DNA of 63,797 bases, the filler included, from Hyphochytrium catenoides (taxonomy: Eukaryota; Protista; Hyphochytriomycota), in assembly GCA_900088475.1 (NCBI GenBank). It is 10 parts of 10 records of this genome, joined end to end, with 100 filler letters (N's around TTAATTAATTAA, not from the genome) between each part and the next. Parts side by side here need not be neighbours in the genome. Positions count along the whole stretch, not along the records: positions 1 to 15,094 come from FLMG01004642.1; positions 15,195 to 18,810 come from FLMG01003789.1; positions 18,911 to 28,726 come from FLMG01000522.1; 7 more parts are not named here. One strand, given 5' to 3'. Under the pieces are notes generated by a model. That model did not search any database. It was given only the letters and a program-made list of their open reading frames with translations, and was not told the origin of the DNA. The position numbers and the translations under genes are program-made. Every line of letters starts with the position of its first letter. Position 1 is the stretch's first letter. Positions 12,039-24,941 of the stretch are shown piece by piece.

Positions 12039-15000
12039 CTACTTCTTCCGCCTGGAGTACAATGTTCCCATACATTCAAGCTTATCATCCAGCACCATCC
12101 TTTGGAGAAAAGTTGACAGCTCTGTGATGGATTTCTCGTCTGTGGCAGCAACGGGAGAAAGATTTGAGCGCAAGTAGGGAGAGACATGGGAAAGAAAGAA
12201 CAGGAGATAGCCAAACCCACTGCAGGGTATCAAAGAATAAGGGCACATAAGTCGCTGCCAGAAAGAGAGAGGACGTGCTGCAGGAGAGCCAGAGCATCAG
12301 CCCATGATCTGGCCCGGAGAGCCGCCTTAAAAAACTTAGCGAGACAGATGCAAAGCTCCCAAAGAGGGAGGAGATAGATGACGAAGAGAGAACTCACATT
12401 TATGCTCCCCAGAGTTGACGAACATTGTGAGCATGTTGTGGATGCGATCGATGGGAAGACTCTCAAAGTTCGTCAGCATTCCCAGGATAAAGGACTCGTA
12501 CACCTAGAGATCGGACGGGTACCGATATTGAATAAGGCTCAGAGAAGTAGTTCCGATAGAGGAGCAGGTGACTCGTGGAGATGAGACACAGACGTGGACA
12601 ATAGGAAGGAAAGAGGGGCAAGAGATTGGGAGAGGGAGCCTCACCTTCATATCTTCCTCTTTCTTCGCCTCCGCGGAAGCAGCAGTCTCAGAGGCATCCT
12701 CCATTGCCCCGTGAGTAGACCGTGGATGGCATTCTGCCAACGTCTGTTTGGCCGGGCAGAGAGCGAGGGTGACGAAAAGAAGTCAGTCACAAGGCAGATC
12801 TCTGAGCATCTTACAACGCATGACAGAATTCATGAAGCTAAAACTAGCAGGAAGAGAGAGAAGAGCCCATTGGCAGCACAAAGGCTCGACCTCTAGGGAG
12901 TAGCAGAACTCTACGGAATGGAGTTAGTCATACAAAGCAGGTGCCGGAGCTGCTGAGAGACATGCTATTGCGTGGATGGGGAGAAGTGTATGGTAAAGGG
13001 AGCGAAGAGTTACGAGCAGAAAGAGAGGAGCAGAGCGATAAAGCATGCTTGGGGCTGTCTACCTTAACGGCTCTGTATTGCACTTCACCGTTCCCACTTT
13101 CCTCCCTTATAACGCCAAGGTTGAGCCAAAATCCTAGCTTTTTCCTTAAAGAACTCTCAGGCACGGAGAGGAGAGAGGAGAGAGAAGAAGCGGTCCATAG
13201 ATCTGTTGCAAAGCGACGAGGGGTCACCACGGCCCACACAGGTCAGCACAGATCAGCGTGAAGAATAGCCCAAGGTTCTACCATGAATGTGTACTTCACA
13301 ATCGGGATAGCCGAGTAGAAGGCAGAGTGTCACCTCAACAAAGAGTACAAGCAAGCAAGAAGGAGAGTTGGCACCATTCAAAGAGGGGCACAGTTCAAGG
13401 AGGGAGAAAGGACTGGAAGTGTAGATGAAGAGTGCGGTCCGGTTGCCGATGCGGCTAACTGTCAAGACTGTATTGAACAGCACCTTTATCCCCGAAGTGC
13501 ATGATGGCCGTGGCAAGAAAAGGAGAGACTTGATACTCTCTCTTCTCTCCATCAAAGTCAAGCTCGACCTGCCGTAGGTCCAGTGGTAGGTTCGTAAGAA
13601 GTTCAGCCATCATGAGAAATAGAAGTAAGATCTATGCGTATGCGGAAAGTTAGGGAGAAGGTCGCGGGGCCGAAAGAGTGAAAGGTCTACCACGAGGCCG
13701 GAAGAGTGCAGAAAGAGCAATCTCCGCAATAAATGGATGGAGAAGGAGATAAAATCTAGTAGGCAGGCATCGTCCGCACCTCCACAAGCCCTAGCCTAGG
13801 TTTCCACTGCAGTTTCCTGGGGTTCTTCAGAATTGCATAGCGTTCCGCGAAAGCATTAAGCTGCTTCTCTATGGAAGGGTGAAGGGGCAGCTCCTCTCCC
13901 TATACCAGTGCGAGGTTGGAGGCCAGAGAAAGAAGAATGTAAAGACAGAGTAGCAGACATCGCAGGGACAAGGTCATGCTTCTCATAATTGACGCCAGTC
14001 CAACAACGTGTGAAGAGAAGAGCATGGAGATGAGGAAGATGACGAGAAATAAAAGGTAGTACAAGCCCTAGACAGATAGCAGCTGCGTTAAGATAACTAG
14101 ATGAAGAGAAAAGGAAACGGCGGTCATCAATCACTAGTTGTGTCTTGCTCGGTCTACCTGTAGGGGCGGCCAAAATTGTCCAGAGATAATGGTCGCATCA
14201 ACCTTCACCTCCTGCCCATTGGTAGCTCTCTCCCCGAGGGAACGCAGAGACGAGTGCACATTCCCGTTTATTCTCTTACTCTCATCCACGTCCTTGACCA
14301 TCACCTCGCAGCTCTGTAGCGATTCTTCCCCAAACCGGAGCTTCAGAAGCTCTAAGGTTCGCACCTGAGGATTCCAGGACAGAGGACAGCCAAGACACAC
14401 GTTTGAAGATGAGACAAGGAGCAGCGTAGGGGTGGATGAAGGACGGAAACTCTTTGACGGAAAAGAAGAGTCGCCAGATAGGGAAGGAAGAAAGGCTATC
14501 CAAAAGGGAAGCAAGAATTTTGGCCGAGGAAAGGCGATGCGGTCTGGAGAGACAATGGAAGGAGATAGGAGGAACGCCATAGGGGCGGAGGAGTTACCTC
14601 TTTGTCCGTAGAGTAGGTGGTGTTAGCCAGCAATTTGTCGGCCAACATGAGTCTATACTCCGTCACAAACAGCTCCTTGCTTCCATAGATACTGACCTAA
14701 TGAGATTGAAAGGCGAAAGATAAGAGGAGTGAGGCACCAGGACAAGGGAGGTATGGCGCCTATAGACAAAATCACAGACGGATGGCAAAAGGTTGAGCTG
14801 AGAAGGATGGTGACGCAAGGTGTACCAGCATGCTCAGAATGTCGTCAGTTCTACGGCCCTTGGAAGACAGCCGTGGATCCGCGTCACGGGGCTCTGGAAC
14901 CCAATCACCAGGCCCATCCTAAACAGGGAGCAAGGGTTTATGATGCGAAAATGGAAGAAAGAGACACAAGGCTTATCTAAAGGGACAGGCTAAAGGAAGA

Positions 15001-15094
15001 GTGCCGGTAGTGACCGCAATGCATTGCAAGGATTGGAAGCCCGGAGATTTAGCCACAACTGAGGACTCACAGACCTCTTCATCGTCCGAGTCTG
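12039..15094 (-). CDS. ANAPC2: Anaphase-promoting complex subunit 2 (cullin-like), 3' part, truncated by contig end
   Basis: WVPEPRDADP...DILSML|VSIYGSKELFVTEYRLMLADKLL, RTLELLKLRFGEESLQSCEVMVKDVDESKRIN, IISGQFWP, C-terminal winged helix FILGMLTNFESLPIDRIHNMLTMF; TAG at 12039. Confidence 0.93.
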
Positions 15095-15194
15095 NNNNNN
15101 NNNNNNNNNNNNNNNNNNNNNNNNNNNNNNNNNNNNNNTTAATTAATTAANNNNNNNNNNNNNNNNNNNNNNNNNNNNNNNNNNNNNNNNNNNN
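15095..15194. other. Artificial contig linker (N44-TTAATTAATTAA-N44); identical linkers at 18811-18910, 28727-28826, 30475-30574, 52471-52570, 55482-55581, 57222-57321, 59728-59827, 62512-62611
   Basis: Identical 100-bp structure nine times; the 12-mer puts stops in all six frames; genes are cut at these points. Confidence 0.98.
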
Positions 15195-15468
15195 GAGACG
15201 GTCTGGAGAAAGATAGGCGTAGCGTCCTCTGCACAGCCCACCTGAGAAAGCAACCAAGGCGGGATGATGCTCTCTCAGGTCTAACACCTAGTGAACGTGG
15301 ACATCAGCGAGTTATAAGATGAAGATGGAGAACAGACAGGAGCTCTCAGACTAGGTTTCTCTGACTAGGTGCACATATAGAGGGACCCAATATGAGCAGA
15401 ACAGCCTGTTGGGCCGATAGCGTAGAGATTGCTTCACTCTATTCACCTTCATTTGACGCTCTTTCTCT

Positions 15469-15504
<36 letters not shown>

Positions 15505-18284
15505 TCTTCTTCTTCTTCGCTCTCTCTCTCGCGCTCGCGATCTTTGTCTCTCTCTTCTTCGCTATCTCTCTCTCTTTTTCTTTTATCTCTCTCTCTGTTT
15601 CTATCTATATATCTATCGCTCTGCCTTCTCTTCTGTTTCTATCTATATCTGTTTCTCTCTTATCAATACCTGTGTATGCCCCTGACTGGTATCCCAATGA
15701 TTCAGGCTAACTCTCGTCAGTAAGCCATGGAAGCCCGCGCCATTCCGATAAGGAACAAAGTTCAGGAATGTCTCCGTGATCTCCGTCCCTCCTCCTCCAC
15801 TTCTGGCGGCTTCACTCACGCTCCGCCATCTGCCGTCGGCTCCTACATTTATTTTAGACCTCGATGGAAAGACATCCTTAAAGCCTGCGAGGTCTGCGCG
15901 ATAACTGGAGAGACTGGCTACTTTCACTTGCTCATGGAACGGGCCCACACCTACCGACGAGCGTTGTTAGGCTAGAGGAGAAGCAGTTCAAGACACCAAT
16001 ACACCTATCTACAGATGCTTGTGTCTCTCCGAAACAGACAGAGAGAGAGCTCCCCACCGCAAAGAGCCATAGAAAGGAGACATAAGGTAAGAAAGAGAGT
16101 GTCTACGAGAGTTTACGGAGCAGAGAAGAAGAGCATGATCTGAGGAGCTGTGATCCGAGTAGCTGTGTGATGAGAGGAAGGCCCACTGACCGTTGTAGGA
16201 GGAGAAGTTGCTGATCTCATGATACTGCGCTGGTCGAGCGCGATGAGTCCCCACCACGTCGAGCGCGATCCTCACTGCCTTGCCGTGGAAGCCTTGCTCG
16301 TTGAAATAAGGAGACAGGACGCCGTACTTCCCGGCTGGAGAGAAAGAGAGGGACCAGATATTGTCAGCGTTAGGAGCAACAACAAAGAGAAAAGCAAACA
16401 GTTCAGCAGAATGAGCGAGCATTGGGAGAGAAGAGAGAGAAAAAAAGAGAGAATAAGAGTGGAAGAACAGCCAGCGTTGGGGAGAGAGAATGGAGATGTA
16501 GGAGAGAGAGAGAGAGAGAGAGAGGGAGGGAGAGCAAGAGAGAGGCAGACGTTGAAGTCGAACTCAACGTACGGTCACTGGGAGACAAGGAGACGAAAAA
16601 AGGTGCCAGAGAAAGATAGGTTTGGGCGAAGAAAAAAGTCCTTACCATAGACAGTGTAGAGCCCCGAAGTGCTGACATGGTCCAGCGGATCATCCTTGAA
16701 CCGCCTCACTGCCGCCACGATCTTCACCGTGCAATCACTAGGCAACACGATGGTCGATCCCGCCTCCACCGTGAGAACCGCAGCAGAGAGGCACTTCTCC
16801 TTCTCCCCTGTTCTCCGAGAGGAGGGCAGAAGATGGTTGTCTGGATCACTCGGATCGACGAACAGGTAGGAGATCTGGGCTTTTCTGACAGTGGTAAGGA
16901 GAGAGACTGCCAGAAGAGTGGTACTCTCTCCCTGCTTAGGAAAGAACTCTGGAGCTGAGGCTTTCTTGATGTCCCACTCGTAGTAGTCTCCCCCAGGGAT
17001 GTAGAGGAGTCGGGAAGTATCCCTACGATACGGTCAGCAGAGGCACAGAAAGGGTCACAAGGGACAAAGAATCCATACATTGAGACGGAAGAGGAAACGG
17101 AAAGAAAGACAACAAAGTGAGAAAGGAAAAAAATGTCGACGAATAGAGGCAAGATAGATAGTTCTGGAAGACAAGGAAAGAAAGTGGAGTGAGAAGCAGA
17201 TGTAGTTGCTTCTGAGCGCAAAAGAGAGACAGAGAGAGAGAGAGAGAAAGAGANNNNNNNNNNNNNNNNNNNNNNNNNNNNNNNNNNNNNNNNNNNNNNN
17301 NNGAGAGAGAGAGAGAGAGAAGAAAGAAGAGGGCAATCAGAAGCCTAACAATCGCGAGTGGTTCTTGGTGAGATTGGTGTGGCTATGGAAAGCGGTGACG
17401 GGGATATAAAGAATGGAAGCCTGAGATTGAAAGTGGAGGAGGGGCGCCACTGCCCTGATAGAAGCGAGAATCGGACGTAGAGACGGCGAGGGAGACTGAC
17501 AGAGAGATAAGAAAAAGAGAGAGAGAGAGACCATAACGAGAGAGAAGGTTTTATTGTCCTCCAGCCTCTAACACAGCTCTTACCTGTCTTCATGAGAGAT
17601 GTAGCAGACTGTCGTTGCTCTTTGGAAGTCAAAGGAGAGACAGAGCGGATCTTTCACGCAGTGGAGAGCGCAGCGCTCCGCGGAAGATAGACTATAAATC
17701 CTATAAGCCGCCATCAGCCCTCTCTCTCCTATTTTCCGGAAGAGAGACAGTGCAAGGGCGGGGTCACTGGGATATTTGTCAATGGTAGCCGGGGCTCCCT
17801 CGGCGCCTAAGCTTGCGGTGAAGTCCGCAGCTAAGCGGCGGGACTGAGATGTAGAGAGAGGAGAGGGATGAGAAGAGGAGAGAGAGGGGGAAAGGTCGAG
17901 AGACTGAGCCCGTAAGAAGAAGGAGTCAGGCGAAGGGACCGAAAGTTTGCGAGCAGAAGACGCTCTAGCTTCTTCGCCAGCCGGACAGGACTCTGCGACG
18001 CATAAAGACTGAGCTGCCTCTTCTTCTCTTGCTTTCTCCTCCCCTTCTCCCTCACTCTCTTTCTCCTCAATATCATCCGTCCAGTTGCCTACGCCTAGGA
18101 GACTGGAGAGGTAAATAGAATGAAGCTTTCCGCATGGGAGACCGCAGGAGGAAGGAGAAGTTGGGACACTAGCCACGCTTCTCTTCTCCTCTTCTTCTTC
18201 CCCTTCGGAACTTCCCCTTGTCCATTGTATGATAGGGATCAGAAGGACAAGGAGCAGGATGAAGTGTCTGAGGAAGAGCTTCAT
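15195..18284 (-). CDS. Secreted multi-domain protein: signal peptide, PAN/apple-like domain, Fn3-associated (CHB_HEX_C-like) domain, PYxNxxGFHG repeats; 3' end uncertain or truncated
   Basis: MKLFLRHFILLLVLLIPII leader; SAERCALHCVKDPLCLSFDFQRATTVCYISHEDR|DTSRLLYIPGGDYYEW; APEFFPKQGESTTLLAVSLLTTVRKAQISY...TVKIVAAV; SPYFNEQGFHGKAVRI and VPYRNGAGFHGLLTR. Confidence 0.65.
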
Positions 18285-19159
18285 TCTTTCCTTCCCTTCA
18301 CACTCTTGTTCTCTATTCTCTCCGCGGCCTCTAGCTCTGTGCCCTTGGTCCGCTAACCTCGCTGGACCTCCAGAGCATACGCATCTTACTCTTGGCTAAG
18401 TGTGCGGTCTACGGCACACAGAACAATTGATAATTTGCTATTCGAGCGAGACAGAGCAATCGAAGAGCGAAGGAGAGAGAGAGCTTTGCCGGCGGGAGCA
18501 AGAATATTAGTACAAACAGTTGATGGGCGTCATCGAGTCTCGTGAGAGCAATTTTTAGCGGAGGAAAGGAAGACTGGGAGACAACTGAGAGGAGCTCCAA
18601 ACAGTGAGGAGTGGCTGAAAGGAGACTTTCAGCTTGGGAACATCAAGAGAAAGGAGGGGGAAGTTAGCGATGGGCAAGACAGAGAGAGCGCTGAGGAAGG
18701 GAGAACGTAATAGGAGAGATGGACCATGGCGGGAGAGAGAGAGATTACAGAGAGAGAGATACATAGTGTAAACGAACCAGAGAGAGAGAGAGAGATCGAT
18801 AAAGAGAGAGNNNNNNNNNNNNNNNNNNNNNNNNNNNNNNNNNNNNNNNNNNNNTTAATTAATTAANNNNNNNNNNNNNNNNNNNNNNNNNNNNNNNNNN
18901 NNNNNNNNNNGAGAGAGAGAGAGAGAGAGAAGGAAGACACATTACGACAAAAGGGAAACAGGCATCACATTGTTCGACAATGTGGCTCTGTCAAGCATGG
19001 TGATATGGGTGAGGACACACAGCAACGAGGAAGAGGCAGAAGCAATGCGGAAGACCGCAGAAGAACGAAGCAAGCAAAGGTGGTGCGCAGCGGCATAAGT
19101 TAGGTGAGCTTCCCGTTGAGATAGAGAGAGGCAAGAAAGGAGAGTATGGATAATCTCAC

Positions 19160-19712
19160 TCTAAAGTAACTTCAATCCTATCCTCTGATGCTAATCTGCC
19201 GCCTCTCAGCTTTGAGAGATACTCAATATCTGCAGGACNNNNNNNNNNNNNNNNNNNNNNNNNNNNNNNNNNNNNNNNAAACAAGGAGATTTCCTCTCGG
19301 AAAGAGCCCGTGAGAGACTTTCCGATGTGGAACTCTTGACCGTCAGCACTAGGAGGAGGAAGAGAGAGAGCAGGCATCGGGCTTTTCTCCAATGTGGGCG
19401 TAGGGAGAGAGCCAATCACCGGAGCCGAAGGAGGGCACGACTGGGAGAGAAGATGCTGAGACGAGAGAGCGCCTCTTGCTCTTTCAGGAAGAGGAGGAAC
19501 GGGACTGACTCTCCTGTGCTGTGGAGCTATAGGAATAGGCTGCGACGACTGCCGGCTAACTGCAGAGTGTTGGGCGGTGCTCTCATGGCTCTTCCCGCCC
19601 CTTCCGTCTGGACAGACAGCTTAGATCATAACGAAACACCGCTATTATATCTATGGATATACTGAGACCTAGAGTAGAAGATAGGAGACAGAGACACGAA
19701 AAACAAGAAAAG

Positions 19713-19769
<57 letters not shown>

Positions 19770-20060
19770 GGGAGGGTGTAGAGGACAGAGAGAAAGAGAT
19801 AAGACGGAGAGTGACAGCGCGAATGACTCACCAGGAAGAAACATCCCTTCCTTTCGCTTCTATCCGGTAAAAGTAACCCCCCCAAGCGATCTCTGCAACT
19901 CGCCGCCGATTAGCAAGGAAGTGGAAGTCTGGCGGCGGCAGAGACCGCGCTTCTATCTCAAGCGATGTCGGCTCCGTCCTAACCTCCACCCACTCTGGTC
20001 GAAAGGAGATTGTGGCGACACCGCAAGCAACAAAGCAGGAGATAGATAGTCTGACACAGG
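19160..20060 (-). CDS. Hypothetical multi-exon protein fragment (weak resemblance to the Nup88 propeller end, unconfirmed)
   Basis: Phase-consistent GT-AG exons: ...LGGLLLPDRSERKGCFFL|LHSTGESVPFLLFLKEQEALSRLSIFSPSRALLRLR|ADGQEFHIGKSLTGSFREEISLF, an N gap, then DIEYLSKLRGGRLASEDRIEVTLE. Confidence 0.4.
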
Positions 20061-20458
20061 GAACTCAACTGAGCAGAGGAATATCTGCCTCTCCCGCCAA
20101 CGTTCCTACCGATGCAGTGAGAGAGAGAGAAAGAGACAAAGCGTCAACCACGGAGATTGGTAACGCGGAGATCTGAGCCAAGCAAGAGCAAGCGCTTGAC
20201 CAAGAGAGCGCGAAGGAAGAATGCTAATAAATGCACCGGAGATCGGAAGCTGAGTGTCGGCCTGCTACTTCCTAACATAAAAGAAGCCAGTGTGGAGCTG
20301 AGACTGCGAGACAGGGAGAGAAAAAGAGAGTAGAGAGAGACAGAGAGGGGGAGAGTTAAAAGAGAGACTGCATAACGAGGGGAGAGAACGAGAAAGAGGA
20401 AAGAGTATGCGAGAAAGATGGCTAGAGGAGAGGGGAAAGAGTATGAGAGAGAGAGAAC

Positions 20459-20503
<45 letters not shown>

Positions 20504-20564
20504 TAAAAGAGAGAGAGAGATAGTAAAAGAGAGAGAGCGAGCGAAGAGCGAGAGAGAGAGAGAG

Positions 20565-20602
<38 letters not shown>

Positions 20603-21009
20603 AAAGGACAGAGAGACAGGCAGATCCTAGAGATGCGCCTGCAGTTGCTCTCAAGGGAGAAGGCTACTACGGTATGGCTGCTATCTCGAGCCATCTCTGT
20701 CTCCCTCAGACAAGCTCCTGAATCTCATCTTTTATCTACGTTTTACCCTTTCTTTTCAGTTCTTAGAGGTCTCTGTCTCGACCTTTTTTGGAGTCAAATG
20801 CATTATATTTCCCCTACTCTGTCTGGTACGCTAAGAAAGGAACACGATAAGCTCAGCTACCGTTTTTAATGGTTATCATATAATGGTTATCTTTTTTCCT
20901 TGACTGCTGGGCTCTCCTCACGGCTCCGTGGCTGCTGCTTTCTTCTGCTGTTGGTTAATAATGATGATGGTAGAATGACGGCTAGTCCGTCCGTCAGGAC
21001 TACTGAAGC

Positions 21010-22815
21010 TCATGATGCTCTTCTTGTTGATAGCACGCCGGTTGCCTGGCAGCGTTTGTCCGCCATGGCTCCGTTGCCTGAGGACGGAGGGCACCCGTAA
21101 TAAAGGTGGCCTCTTCTTCCTTGTCTAATTAGGAGCCGTGTTGGTGTTCAAGAAGTGCAGCGTTTCTTTACGTTCTCCTAAGGTGTGTCAGCCATAAACA
21201 GACATTTTGATACTCCTTTGATCCCACATGCATCCTCCGCCAGACTGGCTGGGCTGACTTTATTATCTGCTATTATTCTTGCATGCTGGGTCCTTCGCCG
21301 CTTCTTCCTGTCGGTCATCATTAGCTTAATAAGTTCATTAGTGGTGAATGAAGCTGATGATTTTCTTCTTGATGACTCCTGTTTATGTAGTTCATGCGCA
21401 GCTTTTCTTCGTTCCCCCGCTATAGTAGGGTGTTAGCATCTTTTTATCCTGTTGATTCAAATCCTCCTGTTCGATCTCCTCCTAGAGCAGCAGGTATGCT
21501 CACTCTCCGTTGATGCCACCTGCTTCAACAATCGGTCTGAACTCGCAACAACTAACGTCGTATTTGAGTCTCAATAATAGACGGCAAGCAGCCAGTGGAT
21601 ATTTCCTAATGATAAAAATGCTCCTTCTCGCGCATTGTCTTCGTGAGAGATTCAAACACCCTTGACTATTTCTTGAAGACGGTCCCCTTCCCTCGAAATG
21701 TTATATTGTGTCGGAGGAAAGACAACAGTCAATCAAACCCTGTAAAAAGGCATCTGCGTTATGTTGAGTGAGCTTCTTCCTCTTGTGGTGGCGTTTAGAT
21801 TTCAAACAGTGAAGGGGACAGAATCTTGTAAACCATGCTCTTACAAATGCGCATTCCCCTATTATCTTCCCAACGTTGGCTGCCTTCTTTGAAGTAGCAT
21901 GCGAAGACTATTATTCTCGCTAAAAACTTCTTGCCCCCATCATCATCATGAGCTAGCAGCAACGCTGGAAGAGGGAATCCCTACTACTTACGGGGCTGGG
22001 TCAGTATGATGGTCGCTTCCTGAGAAGGTTTGGAAACGCGCTTGCTCCTTTGAGGGACCACAACATCTTCTGGAATAGCAAAACCACCCTTTACAGCTAT
22101 TAATTTGCAGGCATTACACCATCCAAGCACAATTAGCTGGGTTGGACAGTTTCTGACCCCAGCAGAATTCAGGTCGATCCTTTTCTGGGGTTCTGCTCAG
22201 CGCCCCTTCTGTCTCCGTAGTGAGCCTTTCGTCATCTCAACCGTCATACAACAACGCTCCCGATCCTATAACTATAACACCCCCGTCCATCATTCATAAG
22301 CTGCCAAAAATGACGAGTTCCCCTTGCAGCAGAAACTTCCGTTTGTAGCTACAAAGGCAATCAAGCCGCCTGGCAGTTGCATTGCTGCTCTTACTTCGTA
22401 TTGTGAGCTCCTAGCTAGATGAAGACGACGAAGACGAAAAACCAGATCATTGTATGCTAAAATCCTGCTGGGAAGAAGATATGTTGCTGACACGGCAGGT
22501 GTCAAGGACTCAGAAGCTAGGATCTCACTATGACGGTCTGGGGACTGGTCGCAGCTTGGCCAAATAATCCAAGGACCTCGAGACGCATCACGCTTCACCA
22601 CCTACTATTCTGCAGACTGAAAGACTTATAGCCTATGATATTGAGTTGCTACGTGAATGCTTTTTGACGACTCCATAGCCAAGAATGATTGTCCAAAAAA
22701 ACTCAATGTCTTCGAGGGATAAACCTCTGATGATCTCATGTTCAGGCCCAGATTCGTTGATGCGAGCAGCAGCAGATAGAACTAATCCATTAGTTCTATA
22801 TTGGCCTTGAAGCAC
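21010..22815 (-). pseudogene. Degenerate transposase-like relic, probably Mutator/MULE, with C-terminal C4 zinc ribbon
   Basis: Microsatellite-free stretch with stops and frameshifts; motifs in MULE order: LLAHDDDGG, RFCPLHC (CxxH, 21820-21809), DAFLQGLIDCCLSSDTI*HFE, STESEH (about 21500), then CTS*TPTRLLIRQGRRGHLYYGCP...RC. Confidence 0.35.
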
Positions 22816-23099
22816 GAACCGTGCACCAACGACTTCGCTTCATTGGTTCAGTAGGAGCACACAGCTCAGAGAAGGCAAGAGCGAGTGCAAAGAAGCCAAT
22901 GAACGTGAGACAGAGTGATAAGAAAACAATCAAAAGACATCAACATAGTGAGCTTAAGATGAAGAGAGATCGAGACAGAGTAGAACTAAGTAAGATGTCA
23001 AAAGGTCCATCTCTCGTGGACGTGACGAAAGCTTCTGTTGCAGGTGACAAGGCAGATAGGAGGATCTTCTTCATTTGGACTGACCAAAGCGGAGGCTGA

Positions 23100-23285
23100 C
23101 CAATCACACGTGGCGAATTAGAATCTCAGCCAATAGAAGCGTGGTACGTCATCGGGCCTGCAAGTCAGGAATCAGTCAAAGAGGAGTAGTTGTAAAGCAT
23201 TGCCCTCAGTGCACACCTGTCCAACCACGAAGAGCCATACTGCTCGTTAGCCAATCAGAACTCGCTACAGCCAAGTCCAGCCAAT
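23100..23285 (+). promoter_or_regulatory. Cluster of four CCAAT boxes plus a CACGTG and a TACGTCA motif
   Basis: CCAAT at 23100, 23130, 23251, 23281; CACGTG 23107; TACGTCA 23145. Confidence 0.45.
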
Positions 23286-24941
23286 CCCCAGCTACCTTTG
23301 CTGGTAACACCAACCGACAGAATTTGGCACATATTCGCGATAAATAGTACTAAATGGCTATTATTACTGATCTATGTTGTAAAGCGGCAAGTTAACTGAA
23401 CTTCAAGTCGCCTTCTCAACAGGTCAGGTCCGACGAGAGCCTCCTCCCCTCGCTGCATCACCCGATCAGTTGGCCAACCAGAGCCACAGCTTTGTAGAAG
23501 CCCTCTAGCAATCATAGCCCAGATCTTATATATTGTCCTTTGAGGGCTTCTTTCCCTAGCAAGAAACCGATGCAGGTCTCCATGACTTTGGGGGGAGGTG
23601 GCTGTTATCTTCTACGAACTTCTATGTAAAAGTTTAGGCAAAAGATAGGACAAGGCGGTTAAGGGTTTGACCTTATCCCGCAGAGTGTAGGAAAATGTAT
23701 GGCCGTTTAGACCATGGATTTAGAACTGCACTCTGAAATGGCAAGTGCCTATTATTGAGTACAAATCATACGATGTCCATTCTCTACCGAACCTATTCCG
23801 CCCTCCAATTCCACGTCACTTAGAAGTACAGTTACCAGTTGTGACACTTCCAGTGATTGTACCAAAGTGACCATGCGTACCTAAGAATTCGCCGCCTAGG
23901 GGGTCGTATGGTTGTTGGGCTTGGGTCATTCGGTTGTGGGGACGACGCTCCCCCTCTATTGCTTCTGCTCTGTCTCACTCTTGAAGGCATCAATCTAAGC
24001 TTTAGAACATTGAATTTTCCATCCTGTTGGCTATCTCTAAGGCGATCTTTCTTGGTTTCTGCTGTTCTTCAAGTTCTACTTTCTTGACAGGACACAGGGA
24101 CGTAGTCCCTGCTGTCTCTCTCTCAACTCCATTGTTTAGCTTGACCTATGGCTTTGTGCCGCTCTGTCTCTCTGTCCATCTTCCGCACTGCTCTTCCTTT
24201 CAGCACACAGCCTCAAGTTGCCCTCCTTTGACTGCTTGGACTCTGGATGCGCTTTGGACCTTCTTTTGGCCTTCACGTGTTCCTTTCTCACGCACAGAGA
24301 GCAGAGCAAAAGTGAAAAAGAGATGATCACGAAGAAGAGGAGGAGGATCCACAGAGGAAGGAGGAGGAAAATGTAAATATAAGTGAAGGACGAGAGGCGT
24401 GGGGAAGTAAGAGGAAGTAAGAGGAAGCGAGCCAGTCGGATCTTGTCCCACTCTCCAGCACCATCTACCTACCAGAACCATCTTCCTCCCTCGCTCCCCC
24501 TCCCCTCCTTGTCTTCCCCTGACTGCGTGGGTCCTTTCACTGTACACAACGAGCCCCACGCCCTTCGAAGTAGAGCTTTTTGTTAGCAAAGGGTGCTAGG
24601 GAAGGGAAGGGAAAAGCACAGCACATCGCTCTCTTTCTCTGTTAGTAGGAAACCCTTGTCAGATACACCTCTTGTGCGAGCCTCCAGTGTTCCCTATCTT
24701 CCTCAATAACAGAGACAATCATCAGCGGCAGTCTTCAATTTCCTCCTCTCCTGCTGCTGCTCTATCTGGTTCCCTCCTGCCGAGCCTTGAGCATCTCTTT
24801 CCGAGTAAAACCCTAGTGTAACCTTCCAATTGAGGCTTCAATTCTATATGAACCACGATCAGGAGGAACTGAAGACACAAGAGATTTGACAGGCTATTTC
24901 TTAGAGGGAGGGGGAACATCAGTACGCGGCATAAAGAAACT

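Noticed and set aside
15139-15150. Recurrent palindrome TTAATTAATTAA as a biological repeat or CRISPR-like array
   Set aside because: Always centred in identical N padding; an artificial six-frame-stop linker
21145-21155. TGA at a Cys position as selenocysteine or recoding
   Set aside because: The surrounding frame has other stops and frameshifts; decay is simpler and no SECIS was identified
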